Below are positions 60,336-64,000 of a DNA stretch of 64,000 nt, in pieces. The position numbers were made by a program, and so were the translations under genes. The notes under the pieces are model-generated. The model had not been told where the DNA came from, did no database searches, and saw nothing but the letters and a program-made list of their open reading frames with translations. Position 1 is the stretch's first letter. Each line of letters opens with the position of its first letter. Origin of the DNA: Abditibacterium sp. (GTDB lineage Bacteria > Armatimonadota > Abditibacteriia > Abditibacteriales > Abditibacteriaceae); NCBI GenBank assembly GCA_965246885.1, contig OZ251992.1:2464001-2528000 (forward strand), read 5' to 3'.

Positions 60336-61451
60336 TCAAACGGGTTGCAAAGCTCCGCGATGGACGCGCGGGGCGTCGTTAAGTAGGGCGCTGACGCGAC
60401 AAAAGTCGGCGTTTGCGCCAGAGCCGCGCGACACAAAGCGCGGCTTTAGCAAATAAAGAGGCGGTACGGCCTCGCCGCGCGCCAGAGCACCCAGTACGTT
60501 CATCGCCGTGCGCCCCATGCCTTCTTCGTCGAGCCATACGCTTGAAAGCGGCGGATCGAGAAGCGGCGCGACGGCATCACCAAAGCCCACGACGGCGCAA
60601 TCTTGTGGCACGCGCAGGCCGGCCTCGCGTAGCGCGGTGTAGGCGCCGCGCGCGACAGCATCGTTGATGGCCACAATCGAAATTGGAAGCGTAGGACGCG
60701 TTGCCAATAGCGCCCGCGTCATCGCGAAACCGACGCGGTCGTCGCCGTCATAGCAAGCAAACAGGCGTGCCTCGTCCCACTCCTGCCCCGCTTGCATTAG
60801 AGCCGCCTTCATCCCATCAAGGCGCTGGCGCACGGGCGGGAGCAGGGCGGGCGGCCCAGAAATTGCGAACACTTCGCGCCCGATGCCCGCCACATAAACG
60901 CCGACATCATGCCCGGCGCGCGCGTTGTCCACGCTTACAAGGGGCGCTTCGACTCCCGGCACGGGACGGTCAATGAACACAACCGGAACGCCCTTTTCTT
61001 GCAACGCTTGAAACGGCTTGGCGTCGCGTAGCACCGAAAATACGGCCACGCCCGCAACCTGAGAAGCCAAGACACCCAACTCTTCCCCTTCACGGTCAAA
61101 ATTACCTTCGGTGATCAGCGTCAGCAAGCGCCGCCCCTGACGCGCCGTTTCCAGTTGCGCCCCATGTGCAATGCGCGCGAAAAACGTATCGCGCAAAGCG
61201 GGCATGACCAAAGCGAATGGCTTGGCATTGTCTCCTCGGCGCGCAAGGGATGAAACAACCGTTCCCACGCGCGCCCGACTTTCGACCCAACCCTCACCCT
61301 TGAGTTCGCGTAGCGCGCCGCGCACGGTGATTTCTGAAACGCCGTGCCGTGCCGCCAACTCGCGCATCGGCGGCAACGTCGCACCAGACGAAAGTTCGCC
61401 CGATTCGATTTGCGCGCGTAGCGTGGCCGCCAAGCTCTTGGTCAGTGTCAT
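60336..61451 (-). CDS. GntR-HTH / LacI-sensor hybrid regulator (AraR-like)
   Basis: LPPMRELAARHGVSEITVRGAL wHTH; LRVPQDCAVVGFGD...PPLSSV. Confidence 0.9.
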   Translation of the reverse strand: MTLTKSLAATLRAQIESGELSSGATLPPMRELAARHGVSEITVRGALRELKGEGWVESRARVGTVVSSLARRGDNAKPFALVMPALRDTFFARIAHGAQLETARQGRRLLTLITEGNFDREGEELGVLASQVAGVAVFSVLRDAKPFQALQEKGVPVVFIDRPVPGVEAPLVSVDNARAGHDVGVYVAGIGREVFAISGPPALLPPVRQRLDGMKAALMQAGQEWDEARLFACYDGDDRVGFAMTRALLATRPTLPISIVAINDAVARGAYTALREAGLRVPQDCAVVGFGDAVAPLLDPPLSSVWLDEEGMGRTAMNVLGALARGEAVPPLYLLKPRFVSRGSGANADFCRVSALLNDAPRVHRGALQPV

Positions 61452-61475
61452 CGTGTTTTTTCGCCCTGCGTATAC

Positions 61476-61506
61476 ATTATGCCCAAATCAGGGGCGGCTC
61501 TAACAC
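61476..61506 (-). promoter_or_regulatory. Putative promoter GTGTTAGAG-N8-GATTTGGGCATAAT
   Basis: Shares TTGGGCATAATGTA with 42877-42890. Confidence 0.62.
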
Positions 61507-61547
61507 TTTGCGAGAAAATTTTTTCTAAATCTTTGGAAGAGGGATCG

Positions 61548-61680
61548 CGCCAACGACCGAACTACCCCCGCCAACGACCAAACTGCCCCCGCTAACGACC
61601 GAACTGCCCCCGCCAACGACCGAACTACCCCCGCCAACGACCGGACCACCCCCGCTAACGACCGAACTACCCCGCTAACG
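61548..61680. repeat. Intergenic 21-bp tandem array F (cgccaacgaccgaactacccc)
   Basis: Units at 61548, 61569, 61590, 61611, 61632, 61653 (20 bp), partial at 61673. Confidence 0.92.
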
Positions 61681-61739
61681 GAAAAATCTCTGCGCTTTCG
61701 CCACTCCGTCCTACACTTTCCTGCCGCCACCACCCGCTT

Positions 61740-62588
61740 GTGATTTCCAGTTCTCCCGCTCCCGCTGAAAAACGCGGCGGGCGCCAAGGGCGCGCGCCCA
61801 TCTCGAAAGAGCTGTTGCCACCCTCGAAACCGACGGTTTCGTCGTGTTGCGTGATGATGGCCAACCTCGACACGTTGCTCGCGCGTCCCGCCGCGCCCTT
61901 CAACTTTGGCACTTCAAACGTGCAGCAAGACCCCCTGCCCTTTCCGCTTTTTTATTCCGCGACGTTTTGGTGAACGACCTCGCGGTTGACATTACCCGTG
62001 CCGTTTTGGGAGAGGGCGTCAAAAACACGCTGTATTGCGGCAACCTTGGCGCTTCAAAGCGACTTGCGCCAGCCAGTGCATCCTGATGTCGGGTAACTAT
62101 GGCCGCGCCCGTGCCATGCACACCGCCATTTCAATTAGTGGCCAATATCCCTTTTGTGAACACCGACACCCACAACGGCGCAACCTAATTTCGGATGGGG
62201 ACACATCACGACACGCGCTATCTGCTGTCCAACCCGCCCCGCATCGCGCCGGAACATCTCGAAGAGCGCCGCCTGCTCGTGCCGCTCGTTCAAGCCGAAC
62301 TGCGGGAGCTACCCGTCTTCACGACATTCGGATGTGGCACGCGGGCATGTCCAACTCCGCCGCGACGCTACGCCCGATGATCACCATGATTCACGCCGTT
62401 TCGTGGTGGCCAAGCCCCACACCGCCCCAGCGCGTGACTTCTTCGCCCATCTCAGGCTTCATACCCCCGCGCGCTTTGTGGATGGCGACATCGCTTATCT
62501 CCAGCGCAACCAAGCATACACGTTCAAAGTGACCTTCAAGCGAATTGCAAAATTCACCGTTATCATTGCAATGCTCCCGTTGGAGTGA
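61740..62588 (+). pseudogene. PhyH-family dioxygenase pseudogene
   Basis: Across frames: LETDGFVVLRD, NVQQDP, VLVNDL..ITRAVLG, RQPVHPD.G*LWP, GTHHDT, DIRMWHAGMSN....RPMITMIH. Confidence 0.7.
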
Positions 62589-62894
62589 CAACGCGCCCTT
62601 TTCTGGCCTATTTGCGACGTTGCAATGCTTTCTGAGTCTTATCTGGAGGCGCATTGGTCAACCCCGATTGGCGAATGGCTTTGATGGAGAGATACGGAGG
62701 GCAAAGGTCGTCCAACACCTACATCCATGTACCAGTCTCGCGCCCGATCCGCGAGGGTAACATGACCAAATGGTAGAGGCCCAAAGCGCGCGTAGCCCGT
62801 TCGATATATTCGATGGTGCGCAGGAGCATGATCGTTCTTTCGCATATCGTTGGCTCTGTAGTTTTTGCCGAGTTTGTGGTCGCGGGTGTTGCCC

Positions 62895-63128
62895 TCATCC
62901 GAACAGCTTGCGGTCGAAGGCGCGATAGTTAATGGCCTCGGCGACGTGGTGCATCTCGATGTTCTGCGCCCCTTCCAGATCCGCAATCGTCCTCGACACT
63001 TTCAGCGTGCGGTCGTAGCCGCGCCCCGAAAGGTTGAACTGGGCAATCGCCGCCTTGAGCAGGTCTTTGGTCGCGCTGTCCATCTCGCAGTATTCGCGCA
63101 GTTCTTTGGCGCGCATCCCGCCGTTGCA
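62895..63128 (-). pseudogene. comM: 3' remnant of ComM/YifB Mg-chelatase-like ATPase
   Basis: CNGGM...LSGRGYDRTLKVSRTIADL...HVAEAINYR is the YifB C-terminal domain; upstream sequence is unrelated. Confidence 0.85.
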
Positions 63129-63234
63129 GCCGCCCAGCAAATGCCCGCAGGGACATCCACTCACGCGACAACTTGGCGGAGTGAAAGAGGAGCATGAAAA
63201 GCGTCCCCCTCACCACAAACACCGGTTGCCACGT

Positions 63235-63804
63235 CTACAGTTGATCGGCAAATTTAGAAAGTCGGGCCACGGTCTGGGGAAGCCTTTGAGTTTGCAAGGT
63301 GTCCAACAACTCTTCCACACTTTGTGGTGGATTCACCAGACGCGCCCGTTGCTCACGCACGGCACGCACGACACTCCCCGCGTTCATCTCGAACAATTCA
63401 AGGACGAAGTCATCGGGATGCTGGGCCTCGATGTCATAAGGTTCCAAAACGGCGCGCGGAAAATCGCGCAGGTTGAAGGTTACGATTCTCTCGGCGCGGC
63501 TGTGGATGACTGCTGCCAAGACATGGCGATCATCGGGGTCGGGAAGCGAGAACGTTTTAAGCAGTGGCTCGTACCCTTCTACCAGGCAGTCGCGCACTGC
63601 CGCGTTCATCTTCGCCTTCGTGCGCTCCAGCCGTTCCCGCGATAGGTGGGGTTGTTTTTCCAGAAGGTTGCCCATCCATTCGTCGTGGATTTTATCCGTC
63701 CACCGCGCTTGGAACAAGCCGGTTTGCGTCAGGCTCATGAGCAAGTCGCGTAGTGGGGCGGGATACAAAACGCAAGCATCATAGACAACACAAAGATGGG
63801 GCAT
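63235..63804 (-). CDS. PIN domain protein (putative toxin)
   Basis: VVYDACVLY, W...I.DEW, LPDPDDRHVLAA, IVTFNLRDFP. Confidence 0.9.
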   Translation of the reverse strand: MPHLCVVYDACVLYPAPLRDLLMSLTQTGLFQARWTDKIHDEWMGNLLEKQPHLSRERLERTKAKMNAAVRDCLVEGYEPLLKTFSLPDPDDRHVLAAVIHSRAERIVTFNLRDFPRAVLEPYDIEAQHPDDFVLELFEMNAGSVVRAVREQRARLVNPPQSVEELLDTLQTQRLPQTVARLSKFADQL

Positions 63805-63854
63805 GACAGGAAACTGGTGGACTTAGCACTTCGAGAGCTTAATAGCTCATAAGC

Positions 63855-64000
63855 TTAGTAGCCCATGCCCAACTCTTGAGCTTCGGCAGCTAACTCCCCC
63901 AACACAGCCTGCCGCTTTTGGTCGTCGCGGCGTTTGTAGTCGAGTAGGTCGCGCAGCAGAACCCGGCGGTGCGTGCCCACACGCCGGGAAGGGATGGCCC
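63855..64000 (-). CDS. Excisionase-type HTH DNA-binding protein, putative antitoxin (3' part)
   Basis: [47 protein letters not shown], directly upstream of the PIN gene. Confidence 0.85.
   Translation of the reverse strand, partial: AIPSRRVGTHRRVLLRDLLDYKRRDDQKRQAVLGELAAEAQELGMGY

Noticed and set aside
62639..62850. Small ORF with DHAPAH resembling DUF4160
   Set aside because: Similarity limited to a few residues; the rest does not fit

Overview
GC-rich bacterial chromosome segment; the many [11 protein letters not shown]9-DG prepilin-type genes and a DUF6785-like membrane protein suggest Armatimonadota/Abditibacteriota (inference). The left end carries housekeeping genes (aldo/keto reductase, dnaX, purC) and an amino-sugar catabolic operon. 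Most of the window consists of four carbohydrate-utilisation loci built on one plan: regulator, then prepilin-type DUF1559/H-X9-DG gene(s) each followed by a stem-loop, then secreted glycan-active enzymes, often as a pair. A pair of very large uncharacterised genes (1560 aa with a Tat signal, and about 1358 aa) sits in the middle. Seven tandem arrays with a 21-bp period occur in the window: six intergenic and one inside dnaX. Their units differ but appear loosely related. A conserved 31-bp promoter architecture and two LacI-type operator pairs are visible. There are several pseudogenes and scars (DUF4091/GH123-like, an SNF2/phosphoketolase junction, spherulin-4, a third PhyH). The right end has a comM 3' remnant and a PIN/HTH toxin-antitoxin pair, which probably mark the edge of an integrated element. 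All family assignments come from recognising motifs by eye; no searches were run.
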